64,000 nucleotides of DNA from Thecamonas trahens ATCC 50062 (Eukaryota; Protista; Apusomonadida), in the NCBI RefSeq assembly GCF_000142905.1, contig NW_013657638.1:54593-118592 (forward strand), in the 5' to 3' direction. This document shows, piece by piece, positions 32,573-43,350 of this stretch. A program made the position numbers and the translations under genes. The notes beneath the pieces were generated by a model. It was not told where the DNA came from and ran no database searches. It saw nothing but the letters and a program-made list of their open reading frames with translations. Within the stretch, counting starts at the first letter, position 1, and each line of letters starts with the position of its first letter.

Positions 32573-33848
32573 ATGGCATCGGGACCTCTGCAGCGGGTGC
32601 CACCACACCATGCGTCACCTGTACCAGCCGAGGCATTAACAGAACCGTGCTGCATGGGCATTGATGAGGCTGGGCGAGGGCCTGCGCTTGGTATGTGAGG
32701 CGAGGGGGAAGGGAGGGAGGGGGTAGATTCTCCCCCGTAGTGGGAAGGAGGGGGGGGGGGGGGGGGGCACTTATTGCGGTGTGTGGGACATGCGGGGCTG
32801 CTTGGACGGTTGGGCGCCGGGGGGCTGGGTTGCCGGATGCACGGTATGGGGTGTGATGTGGCTGGTGGTCGGGACTGGTTGTGGCTGGTGGTCGGGGGCT
32901 GGGACTGGTCGTGGCTGGCGGCTGCGGGCTGGGGGCGGCTGCGGGCTGGTGGGGGGGTGGACTGGTGGGGGCGGGGCTGTGATAGGGCCGATGGTGTACG
33001 GAGCGGCATACTGCCCGGTGGCAAAGAAGGATGCGCTGAAGAAGATGAAGTTTGATGATTCCAAGGCGCTGACGGCAGAGACGCGCGAGCGAATGTACGC
33101 AGAAATCGGGTCGGAGGAGGTGCGGGAGCGGCTGGGCCTCGGGTTCAAGATCCACTCGCTGAGCCCGGAGGAGCTGTCGGGCAAGATGCTGCGGGTGCCC
33201 AAGTACAATCTCAACACGATTTCGCACGACACGGCGATCGGGCTCATCCGCTGGGTGCTGGCGCAGGGCGTGAACCTCCAGGAGGTGTTTGTGGACACGG
33301 TCGGCTCACCGACCAAGTACGAGGCACATCTCTCGCGGCTGTTTCCGCAGCTCAAGATTGCGGTGCGGAAGAAGGCCGACGCGTTGTATCCGATTGTGTC
33401 GGCGGCATCAATCTGCGCAAAGGTCGCGCGCGACCTCATTGTGGAGAACTGGGTCTTTGCCGAGCCTGCACTCAACGCCGAGGGCTCGGGCGTCTCGCGA
33501 GTCTTTGGCTCGGGCTATCCGGGCGACCCAAACACCAAAAAGTGGCTGGCAGGCTCGATCGATCCGGTCTTTGGCTTTCCGTCGATTGCCCGCTTCTCCT
33601 GGGCGCCGTGCCGCAAGCTGCTCGAGGCCAAGGCTGCACCGGTCAGCTACCCGTTTGTCGACTCGGACTCTGACGATGACGACGACGACGACGAGCTGGC
33701 TGCGATGGAAGAGGAAGAGCAGACGTCACTCTCGGAGTTTTTCGGCGCCGCAGGCTCGGGCTCGGGTGGAGCGGGCAGCGGGAAGCGGTTCAAGCGCGCG
33801 CCGTACTTTCGGGATCGGCAGCTGGTATACATCGACGCGTTCAACTGA
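32573..33848 (+). CDS. RNASEH2A: Ribonuclease H2 catalytic subunit, 2 exons (32573-32690, 32986-33848)
   Basis: Spliced GIDEAGRGPALGPMVY, DDSK, VDTVG, KAD…VSAASICAKV, GSGYPGDP. Confidence 0.96.
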
Positions 33849-33856
33849 GCTTTCGG

Positions 33857-35512
33857 CTACGGGGAGGCCCAGACCTTAAAGGTGCGATCAAAGGAGGAGG
33901 AGACAAACTTGGCGGCGTTGGCGGCGACAGCGACCGAGGTGACCTTGTCCGAGTGTCCGGTGTAGGTGCGGAGGAGCGACATGTTGGTGCCTGACCAGAG
34001 GCGGAGGGTCGCGTCGTACGATGCGGTGACGAGCGTCGACGAGCCGCCAGGGATAAAGGCAAGGTCGGAGACAAGCTTGGTGTGGGCAGGGAGGATGTAA
34101 ACGGCGTGCTGCTTGCGGAGGTCCCAGATAATGACCGAGTTATCGTCGCCGCCGGTGGCGACGTGGTACCCGTTGTCGGCCATGTCGAGGGCGAGGATGG
34201 CGTGGACGTGGCCTTGCAAGACCATGGCGGTGCGGCCGGTTCGCAAGTCCCACACCCTGCCGAGTGCGTCGAGGCCGCCGGTCCCGACCAGCGAGCCGTC
34301 CGGATGCATGCCCAGCGCATACACCGGCCGCGAGTGGCCGTCCTGGAGGAGGAGCTCAGTCTCGGAAGCGACGTCCCACAGACGCCAGGTGGCGTCAAAC
34401 GAGGTCGACGCGAGATAGTCACCGGTCGGGGTAAAGGCGACTCGCGAGACCCGGTCGCGGTGGCCGGTGAGGACAGCCCGCGGCGGTGGGGCCTCGTCGC
34501 GGGTGGCCACCGCAGCCGCGGCGTCGACATTCCACAGCTTGATGGTCATGTCTGCAGCACACGAGGCGAGGTCGACGCCGCCGGCGCCGGCAGCCGGCGA
34601 CCAGGCCACGCCCGACGCCCGCTCCTCATGGGCGGTCGGCATGTCGAGGATGAGCTCGCACGAGGCGGCGTCCCAGACCTTGACACACCCGTGCCAGGAG
34701 CACGTGGCAAGGCGAGCACCGTCGGGTGCCAGTGCGCAGTGAGCTACCGTCCGCCGACCGGCGCGCTGTGACGAGACGTAGACGTGCTTGGCGGTGGCGT
34801 TGCCGAGCGAGCGGATGCGGTCCTCCTCGAGAGTGGCCGCGTCGCGCGAGCCGAGCGTGGCGGCAAGGCGCGCGCGGCGAGCGGCAGCGGCAGCCTGACT
34901 AGCGGCAAGAATGGCGTGGCGGGCGGCAACAAGCGCCGGGTCAGCCTCTGTGTACACCAGCTCGGTCTCGTCCATGGCCTCGACGCCGCCGTCGTCGGCG
35001 GCGATGTCCTGGTTGTCGCCCGGGCTCAGGCCGGCAGTCCTCGAGTCGATGCCTTCCATCTCCAGATCGGCCAGATAGCTCCGCAAGCGCTCTCTCCGCT
35101 CGGCCTCGCCCTCGCCAAACAGCGTCATGGGCAGCGAGAGGGCACGGAGGCGGGCCCTGACCCGGGCATCGTCCGTGGAGACGATGACCGAGCGGGCCCG
35201 AGCGAGGCGGTCGACCTGCGAGACGAGCTTCTCATGCTCTGCTGCAGCCGCCGCAGCAGACGACGACAGCGCCAGCGTCTCTGATCCTCTCTTGTCCGTC
35301 TTCTGCTTCTTGGCCGAGGGGAGGCGGGCCGGGCCGGCAGTGGTGGTCGTGCTGGTCGTGCTGGTCGTGCTGGTCGTGCTGGTCGTGCTGGTCGTGCTGG
35401 TGGTGGTGGGACCAGGGGTGGTGTCCATGGAGATGATGCCGTACTTGACAGGGGCGGGTGTGTCCTTGCCCCGTGCGAGGTGGCGTGGTATGTGGCCCTT
35501 GTTATGCGACAT
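33857..35512 (-). CDS. PRPF4: U4/U6 snRNP WD40 protein Prp4
   Basis: PRP4 motif VRARLRALSLPMTLFGEGEAERRERLR followed by WD40 repeats (SFDATWRLWD, QDGHSRPVY, GRVWDLRTG). Confidence 0.94.
   Translation of the reverse strand: MSHNKGHIPRHLARGKDTPAPVKYGIISMDTTPGPTTTSTTSTTSTTSTTSTTSTTTTAGPARLPSAKKQKTDKRGSETLALSSSAAAAAAEHEKLVSQVDRLARARSVIVSTDDARVRARLRALSLPMTLFGEGEAERRERLRSYLADLEMEGIDSRTAGLSPGDNQDIAADDGGVEAMDETELVYTEADPALVAARHAILAASQAAAAARRARLAATLGSRDAATLEEDRIRSLGNATAKHVYVSSQRAGRRTVAHCALAPDGARLATCSWHGCVKVWDAASCELILDMPTAHEERASGVAWSPAAGAGGVDLASCAADMTIKLWNVDAAAAVATRDEAPPPRAVLTGHRDRVSRVAFTPTGDYLASTSFDATWRLWDVASETELLLQDGHSRPVYALGMHPDGSLVGTGGLDALGRVWDLRTGRTAMVLQGHVHAILALDMADNGYHVATGGDDNSVIIWDLRKQHAVYILPAHTKLVSDLAFIPGGSSTLVTASYDATLRLWSGTNMSLLRTYTGHSDKVTSVAVAANAAKFVSSSFDRTFKVWASP
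35345..35402. repeat. 9-bp coding tandem repeat (GGTCGTGCT)n encoding (TTS)n in PRPF4
   Basis: About 6 visible copies. Confidence 0.85.
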
Positions 35513-35840
35513 GAGGCGGTAGGAGGGGGGGGGGGGGGGGGGAGGTGGGGTGGTGGTAGTGGTGGTGATAGGGGGAGGTGGAGGGTGGTACGGGCAAGGG
35601 GCAAGGGATGGCCAAGGGGCAAGGGATGGCCAATGGGCATATTGATGGCCAAGGGGCATGGGATGGATCGGGTGGGTGGTGGCCATCGGCAAGACCCATG
35701 CATGCCATCGGCATGAGGTCGTCCCGTGGCATAGGCAGGGGGAACCAACTGGCACACGCCACTCGCCGACGGACCCTTCCCCACCGACAACGAGAACAAG
35801 TCCTCCACACACACACCCCTCCCCCACCCCTCCCCTCCTC

Positions 35841-35880
35841 CCAACACCAACACCAACACCAACACCAACACCAACACCAA
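35841..35880. repeat. (CCAACA)n hexamer microsatellite in a divergent intergenic region
   Basis: About 6.5 visible copies. Confidence 0.9.
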
Positions 35881-35916
35881 TACTGTCGCACTGTCTGTCT
35901 CTCAGGTTCTTCCACT

Positions 35917-37089
35917 ATGGCTGTCTACTTCTGTCAGGCCATCTCGGATGCCTGTGCTTCCCTTGGTGACGGCTGTGAGAAGTGGTACGTACAGGGGAGG
36001 GGGAGGGGGGGGCTGCGGAGGTGCTCCACACACACTCATGCTGTTGCGTCATCCTGGTCCATGCCGTCATCCTGGTCCGTCGTGGTCGTCGCCGCCTCCT
36101 GTTCTCCCGCCGTTCGTCGCCGCCTCCTGTTGCCGCCGCTCGTCGCCGCCTCCTGCTCTTGTTCTGCCGCCGCTCGTCGTCGCCTCCTGCGACTGCTACT
36201 CCTGCTGTCTCCTACAACTGCCGCTGCTTACTGCCCTCCGTGATCACTGCTCTCATTGCCACCCCACCCCCCCTTCTCTCGCTGTGACAGCATCGAGACC
36301 ATCTGCCCGCAGGACCGCCCGTTCCCGATCTTCCTCAGCTATGCGTGGTGCCTCAACCTGGTGCCGGCTGTGGCGGGCCTCATCACGGCCTTTACCGGCT
36401 CGGGCGCATGCGACTCGAACCTACAGACCTTCTGCATTGTGCAGTTCTTTGTATGTGGGCTACATCTAATGTTTGCCTCGTACGGCTACTGGCGGGTTGC
36501 CTACCCGCGCCCTGACGAGGAGGGCAAGTCCATCGCCTCGCTCGCCTGCCACATGGCCATGTACGACCCGTTTGTCTGTCTCTATGCCTTTGTCTGGGTC
36601 GGCGCTCTCGTGTGGACCATCGTCGGCTCGGGCTACGTCTCGTCGGCCAACGCCAAGTGTGAGGACGAGACAATCTACAAGGTTGCCTCCGTCCTCGTCA
36701 TCGTCTCGTACATGTATCTCTTTGGCGGCTTCTTGGTCATCTTTATGTCCATCTTCTGCGACTGCTGCCGCGACGAGCGCAAGCCGCGCGACAGCTCGCG
36801 CTCCCGTCGCGATGCCGAGTCGGCCTCACACTCACGCTCGCGCGGCCAGGTCTCCGAGTCGTCGCGCGTCTCATCGTCAACCTCGGCGGCAGGCGGCGGC
36901 GGTGGCGGTGTCTTCTCGGGTGTTCGCTCTATGTTTGGCGGTGGCGGCGGCCACTCGGCATCGTCGACCTCCACCTCCCGCTCCACTGCCTCGGGCGCCC
37001 CGCCGGCCTACCAGCCTGCTGCAGCCACGCCCTACCAGCAGTCTGCAGCCGCCGGCAACTCTGGCGGCTACCGTCAGGCTGCGTACTGA
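35917..37089 (+). CDS. Four-TM Cys-rich membrane protein (TMEM272-like), 2 exons (35917-35984, 36291-37089)
   Basis: GTACGT…GACAG intron keeps frame; four hydrophobic helices, juxtamembrane FCDCC, low-complexity tail with PPAY. Confidence 0.7.
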
Positions 37090-37243
37090 TGCTGATGCCT
37101 ACCTACCCAACCCACCCACCCATCCCCCAACCCCAATCCATCTACATACCCATCGCCTTCATCCCCCGCTCTCCCCTCCCCTCCCCTCCCCTCCTCTTCC
37201 CCCCCCCTCCGCTCGCCGGGCAGTCACACGTGACTCGCCAGCC

Positions 37244-38800
37244 ATGACCGACGACGAGGCTGTGCCGCTGACGAGCCGGAAGGCAGAGGGAGCAGGCGAA
37301 GAGGGCAGGCATAGCGGTGAAGGAAGGAGGGCCGGTGGATGCCCTCAGGTGTCGCGGAGCCAGGGCGGGCTACTCATGCTCTTGGTGGTCCTGGTGGTGA
37401 CGGGCGGAGTGGTGGCGGCGGTGGTGAGCACCCGGGGCAAGGACAACAACCAGCCGAGGCATGTCCCCGATCCGGCTACCACCCACATCATCCACTCTGC
37501 CCTCAATGCCTCTCTCGGCTACCAACGCCTGGTCTTCATGTGCGATACCTTTGGCCATCGCCTCTCGGGCTCGCAGGCTCTGGAGGACGCCATCGTCTGG
37601 ATCGAGGACAACATGCGCTCAGACGGCCTTGATCGCGTCGTCCGCGAGCCAGTCAACGTCACACACTGGGTCCGCGGCGAGGAGAGCCTGCACCTGTTGC
37701 AGCCGGCCCTCATTGCGGGGCCCATGGCCATGCTCGGCCTCGGCGGTTCCGGCCCCACCCCGGTCGCCGGCATCAAGGCTGGCATCACCGTCGTCGAATC
37801 GCTCGCCGCCGCCCGCGCCATGCCCGACAATGCCGCAAACGGGACCTTCCTTCTCCTCAACCAGCGATTCACTACCTACGGCGAGACCTCGCCCGTCCGC
37901 CGCGAGGGACCCAAGGAGGCCGCACGCCTCGGCGCCGTCGCCGCCCTCGTCCGCTCGGTCACACCGTTCTCGCTCAACACCCCGCACACCGGCTCGATGG
38001 CGCCCGCCGCTGTCCCAGGCGCTGCCATCACCGTCGAGGACGCCGAGCTCCTCGCCCGCCTTGCTGCCGCCGGCGAGACAATCGAGCTGGAGCTGGCCAT
38101 GGAGGCCCACACCCTGCCGGACAAGGCTCTCTCGTACAACGTCATGGGCGAGATGACCGGCACCGAGTTTCCCGACCAGGTAGTCGTTCTTGGCGGGCAC
38201 ATCGACTCGTGGGACGTCGGCACCGGCGCCCTCGACGACGGCGGCGGAATCCTTGCCGCATGGGACGCTCTCCGCGTCATCAAGACCCTCGGCCTCGCCC
38301 CGCGTCGCACTATCCGCGTCGTCGCCTGGACCAACGAGGAGAACGGCGCTGCTGGCGCCGCCCAGTACGCCCGCGACCACGCCCACGAGATGGAGAGTCT
38401 CTCGTTTGCCCTGGAATCCGACTCGGGCATCTTTACCCCCAAGGGCTTTGGATTTACCGGCTCCGACGCCGCCTTTGCCAAGCTCTCTGCCATCATCGAC
38501 GCCATCAATGCCGACGCCGCTGCCTCTGACGACGACGACGATCCCGCGGCCCGCCTGGAGCTCGCCATGACACGCGGCGGCGGCGGCGTCGACATCCAGC
38601 CGCTCATCGACGCGGGCGTCCCCGGCGCAGGCCTCCTCGTCGGCAAGGGCTACCCGGACTCGTACTACTTTTACTTCCATCACACCGACGCCGACACCTC
38701 CGACAAGATCGCGCCTGGCGAGTTCCAGGAGTGCGTCGCAGCCATGGCCGCCCTCGTGTGGGAGATCGCCAACCTCGACGAGCTGCTTCCACGCACATAA
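37244..38800 (+). CDS. CPQ: Carboxypeptidase Q / plasma glutamate carboxypeptidase (M28) with N-terminal membrane anchor
   Basis: DTFGHRLSGS, HWVRGEE, PA domain, GGHIDSWDVGTGALDDGGG, WTNEENG, ESDSG, YFHHTDADT. Confidence 0.93.
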   Translation: MTDDEAVPLTSRKAEGAGEEGRHSGEGRRAGGCPQVSRSQGGLLMLLVVLVVTGGVVAAVVSTRGKDNNQPRHVPDPATTHIIHSALNASLGYQRLVFMCDTFGHRLSGSQALEDAIVWIEDNMRSDGLDRVVREPVNVTHWVRGEESLHLLQPALIAGPMAMLGLGGSGPTPVAGIKAGITVVESLAAARAMPDNAANGTFLLLNQRFTTYGETSPVRREGPKEAARLGAVAALVRSVTPFSLNTPHTGSMAPAAVPGAAITVEDAELLARLAAAGETIELELAMEAHTLPDKALSYNVMGEMTGTEFPDQVVVLGGHIDSWDVGTGALDDGGGILAAWDALRVIKTLGLAPRRTIRVVAWTNEENGAAGAAQYARDHAHEMESLSFALESDSGIFTPKGFGFTGSDAAFAKLSAIIDAINADAAASDDDDDPAARLELAMTRGGGGVDIQPLIDAGVPGAGLLVGKGYPDSYYFYFHHTDADTSDKIAPGEFQECVAAMAALVWEIANLDELLPRT

Positions 38801-38992
38801 ACCACTCCCCCACAAAATAAGCTCCATAGTCACCTCTGTCATCACCGTTAGGGTAAGTCCAGCTCCATCTGAATCCCAAGACGCTTCTCCTTCCCTTCTT
38901 CCTTATGCCTCACCTGCCCAAAGCGCTCAAAAGACGCTCAAAAAACATGCGATCGCATTTTCTTGCACAGCCACGTGCCAACTTTGTCTGCT

Positions 38993-40850
38993 TTACTTAA
39001 ACTGTTGCGGGCCGGACGAGGCCGAGGATGACGGTGACAAGCGGTGAGGCCGAGAGCGAGGCAAGCAGCTTGCGGTTGAAGGAAGGCCAAAGATTCGAAT
39101 CGGACGCGGGACATTGTCGTCGATTGCCTGCCGGAACATGCGGATGAGGAGCTCGAGGTGCTTGACGGCGAGATCAAGCTTGAGCTCGGAGAAGCTGTCC
39201 TCAGACGAGTCACTCGACCGCGTCCGCGACTTGGCTGCAGCCTGCTGCTTGCGGACGGTGTCGAGATACTTTTCGAGGTCGACGATGCGCTTTTCAGTAA
39301 GAAACTCGTTCTCCTTCTCGGGCAGCTCCGCGATCGCGACCGAGGCGTAGATAGTGGCGACGAGGAAGATGAAGGTCGGGACGGCGGCGGAGAGCGAGTA
39401 CCACGCAAACTCGTCGATGGGCTTGTGGAGGACGGCGAAGCGAATGAAGATGATGATGGCGAAAAAGGCGAGGTAGACGACGGTCATGACAAGGCTCGGG
39501 TTGACTAGCGCCACCACCAGCGAGTTCTCGCCCCATCGGCGGATACTACGCTTGAGGGCAAGCCACGTTTGGATGGCATGCGCCGAGTTGAGCTCGAGCT
39601 CAAATGGCGTGCCGTCCGCGTTGACTATGCCCGACTGCTTCGACTGGACAAGCTTGAACGCCAGCCGCAGGCCAAAGAAGATCTTCCAGTAGTGCGCGGC
39701 AATGGCCATGGCCTCCAGCAGAAAGGTGAGCGAGAAGACAAACATGCAGTACGCCGAGTTGACGACAATGAGCACATCGTACCATGTCCCCTGGCCAAAG
39801 AAGCCAGTCGCTTCAGTCTTGGTCAGCGGGCCCATGCGATGAAGCGGGCCGATGATCGCCGCCACCGCTGCAATGATCGTCGCCGTAAGGACTGCCACCG
39901 GCTTGACCACCGGCGACGAGTCGAGCGACGCGTGTCGCTCGATCGTCGCTAGCAGCGCCTTTTCATCAAACTCCTTTCTTGTCAGCCCCAACAGGCTCTG
40001 GCCCTCCTCGTCGTCGTCCATCCGGCTGTCGTATTCGATGGCCGGAAGGTAAAAGGTGAACCGCTTGGTATCCTTCGTCGAACCCTTTTCACCAAACGCG
40101 CCGCCGTCAGAGAGCCGCTTTTCGAGCGACAAGAAGTGGGTAAAGACAATGACCACAACATGCATGATCGGGACGTAGACCTCAGTACGCGAGACCGACT
40201 CGTCGTAGTACACGCTGACGATGACGTTGACATAGGCAATGATCGGAAAGACCAGGGCAGCGAGCGAGAAACGGAACAGCCGTTTCTGATCGGCTTCCCA
40301 CTTTCCGTTCTGCTCTGCCTTGGCTGCCAACTCGGCCTTGCTCGCAGGTGCGCTGCTCTCGCTCATCGCCTCGGCGGCCTCTTCATCGCCGGAGATTCTC
40401 CTCCGGAGCCACTGCCGAACCGTCCCAATCCACTGCAGCTGCCCCTTGAGCCAGAACGGAATGAGCATAAACGAGATGGGCGCAAAGGCCAGCGAGAGCA
40501 CAACCTTGATCCCAAACAGACAGACGACTCCGAGGCCATGCCAGAATCCGCCACCATCGCGCGCCTTGAGCCTGAACTCGGACTCGGGGTCGACACCGCC
40601 ATCCGATCCACCACTACTCCCGCAGTCATCATACAAGCTCGCATCGTGTGTGTAATCGCCCGAGTTGTGTTTCGATCTTGTACCACTTGCCCGACTGCTG
40701 CTTGTCCGGCTCGGAAGGCCTCCCCGCCTGTCTGCCAAACTGCCGCAGTCGATGCGGAGGAGGAGTACGACGAGGACGAGCCGCACGTTGTGGCAGAGCC
40801 AGAGGTGGACGAGGTGGAGAATGTACTCGGCGTGCTGGTGCGGTGCCACA
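38993..40850 (-). CDS. PHTF-like multi-TM protein (7TM ion channel superfamily); 5' end uncertain, probable 1-nt frameshift near 39081
   Basis: AIQTWLALKRSIRRWG, FLTEKRIVDL and PIRIFGLP resemble my recollection of PHTF motifs NIKIWLSLRSYLKRRG, LLTEQINL and PFRLYGL. Confidence 0.65.
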
Positions 40851-41382
40851 TACGAGCCGCTGGAAATGCAGCAGCAACAGCTGCAGAGATATGTCTGTTT
40901 GCGTGTGGCTGTGTGTGGGCAACTGCAGCTCCCCCCACCCGGCCAGCATGCGAGTGAGCTCCCGTTTGGCTCCCGGCGGCAGTGAGCAAAGTGACACAAC
41001 CAATTTTTCTCTCCCCCACCCCCCACCCCCCACCCCCCACTCCCCACACATTTACCCCTCTCTTCCCCTCCCCCCCCTCCCCCTCCCCCCCTCCCCTCCC
41101 CTCCTTTTCCTCCCCTCCTTTCCCCTCCTCTCCCCTCCCCTCCTTCCTCAACCCTCGTCCCATCCCACCCTTCCAATGAATCTCCCCCTACGACGACAGT
41201 GAGCAGAGTGGCACAACTATTTTCCCCCACCCCACCCCCACCCTCGCGCCTCTCCCGCGCTCTCCCTCCTCTCCCCTCTCCCTCCTTCCTCCACCCTCCC
41301 CCTTCCCCTCCCCTCCCTCACTCCCTCCCCCCCTCTCCCATCCCACCCCACCCCACCCCACTCTCCCCTACCTACCCTTCCA

Positions 41383-43295
41383 ATGAGCACCCCCCCTACG
41401 ACGACAGCAGCCACGCCGGCAGCGGCGACTTTGGAGGCGACGACAAGCGCGACGGGCGCGACGGGCGCCAGCGAGGGAGGGAAGAAGAAGAAGAAGAAGA
41501 ACAAGAAGAGGAAGAAGGGCAAGGTGTTGGAGGCTAGCTGGCCGCTGCGGAGCAAGACGACGGCGGAGCGGGGAACGTACGTCTACGTGACGGACAAGGT
41601 CGAGGCTGGGACGGTCCTCCTCGCCGAGGCCCCGTTTGTGTGGTCGCCAATGGCCGCCCTCGCCTCACGGATCTGCGCCAACTGCTCGGCCTTTCTGCAG
41701 CAGTTCCCGCCGCAAGTCATCTCCACCTGCTCCTCATGTCGGTCGGCCTACTGCTCGGCGGCGTGTGAGGCGGCGGCCGGCCATGCCGACTACTGCGCAC
41801 CGCTCTCTGCTCTCTTTGCCATGCAGCCGCGGGCCGGCGGGCAGGAGCTGGTCATGGTCGGCCTCATCATCAAGGCCATTGTTCGCGCCGCAGCGCCGCC
41901 GCCGCCGACCCCGTCGGCTGCCGATGCCGCCACTCTCGGCTCCATCGCCATTGCCCGGGCCACCCGCGCCGAGTTTGACGCGCTGCCGACTCACCGCGAG
42001 GCCACGCCGGAGCAGCGGATCCAGAGTGCGCGGGCCCAGTTTGAGGCTGCACTGAGCGTCCCGCAGTTTGCCGCGCTCATGGAGCCGTACGGCACGCCCG
42101 ACGATCTTGTCGAGCTTGCCATCGACAACATGTGCCGGATCAACACCAACTCGGCACCGCTGCCGGGCCACGTTCTCTCGTTCCCGTCGATGGGCACGGG
42201 CATTTCCCTTTTGCAGCCTCAGTCGCGCACTCGTGCTCGCCCAACTCGGCGTGGGTCTCCGGCCCTGACGGTGTCGGCATGCGACTGGTGGCGACGACGA
42301 CCATCAACAGCGGTGACGAGGTGACGTGCTCGTGCATCGACGCCGCGCAGCCGTTTGCCCAGCGTCAGGAGCTGCTGGCGAGCCAGCGCGGAATCACCTG
42401 TGCGTGCCCGCGGTGTGCGGCCGGTCTTGCGGGTGATGGCCCGCTGGGCGGTATTGTATGCCCGGCATGTGCGACCGATGCGACCGACGCCAACCCGGTG
42501 ATCTGCGTGCCTGGCGGCGAGCCGCTGGTGTACACCTGCCCCACTTGTGGTGATGCCCGTGATGTCGATGTCGTCTCAGCTCTGCTCTATCCGCTCAAGA
42601 ACCGGCTGCGCAATCTGCGGATTGCGGCCCAGGCCCGCGACGCCGACTCGGTCGGCATCCTTGCCGACACGCTCATCGCCGAGGCTGCGGGCGTCCTACA
42701 TCCGCACCACTTTCTCTTGCTCTCGGCGTACCCACTGGCGGCCAACGCAGCGCTCCAGGCCGGCAATCTACCCAAGGCTCTTGGCTTTTTCCGCCTGTAC
42801 TACGCCGCGCAGCGTGTCGCGTCGCCGACCGTCGACATTGAGACGATCGAGGCCGGACAGTCGCTTGCCGAGCACGTGGCGTCGTACCTGCAGCACTCGC
42901 GGCGGTTGCCCACCAAGCTGAAGCGTGCGCTGATCTCCGAGTTCCGCGCCACCATGTCGGCCATCGTTGCCGACGCCACCATCCTGTTTGGCGACACCGA
43001 TCCGCGGGCTGTGCAGCTCAAGTCGATGGCGACGCCCGGCTGGCAGGCGCCGCCGCCGCCGCAGGCCCAGGCTGCGCAGCGGCGCGGAGCGCAGTCGGGC
43101 AGCGGCCACGGGCACACCCACGGCGGCAAGCCATGCCACGGCCATGGCGGCGGTGCCAGCAGCAGCACTGGCACGCCGCCGCATGGCCACTCGCACTCGC
43201 ACTCGCACTCGCATGGTGGCGACGGCGGCGGCCATGGGCACACCCACGGCGGCGAGCCATGCCACGGCCACGGCGGCCATGGGCACTCGCACTAA
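41383..43295 (+). CDS. SET and MYND domain (SMYD-type) protein with His-rich tail (apparent 1-nt frameshift near 42205)
   Basis: GTVLLAEAP, MYND CANC…CSSC…YCSAAC, HSCSPN, post-SET CACPRC, LHPHH TPR-like region. Confidence 0.85.
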
Positions 43296-43350
43296 GCTAA
43301 ACACACATTTGTGGCGACGTATTTACCTGGCGATGCCGTGGCTAGCTTGG

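Noticed and set aside
37227-37234. CACGTGAC E-box/CLEAR-like site just upstream of lysosomal CPQ (also GTCACGTG at 48201)
   Set aside because: Single short matches in GC-rich DNA, and only ~10 bp from the ATG; insufficient support
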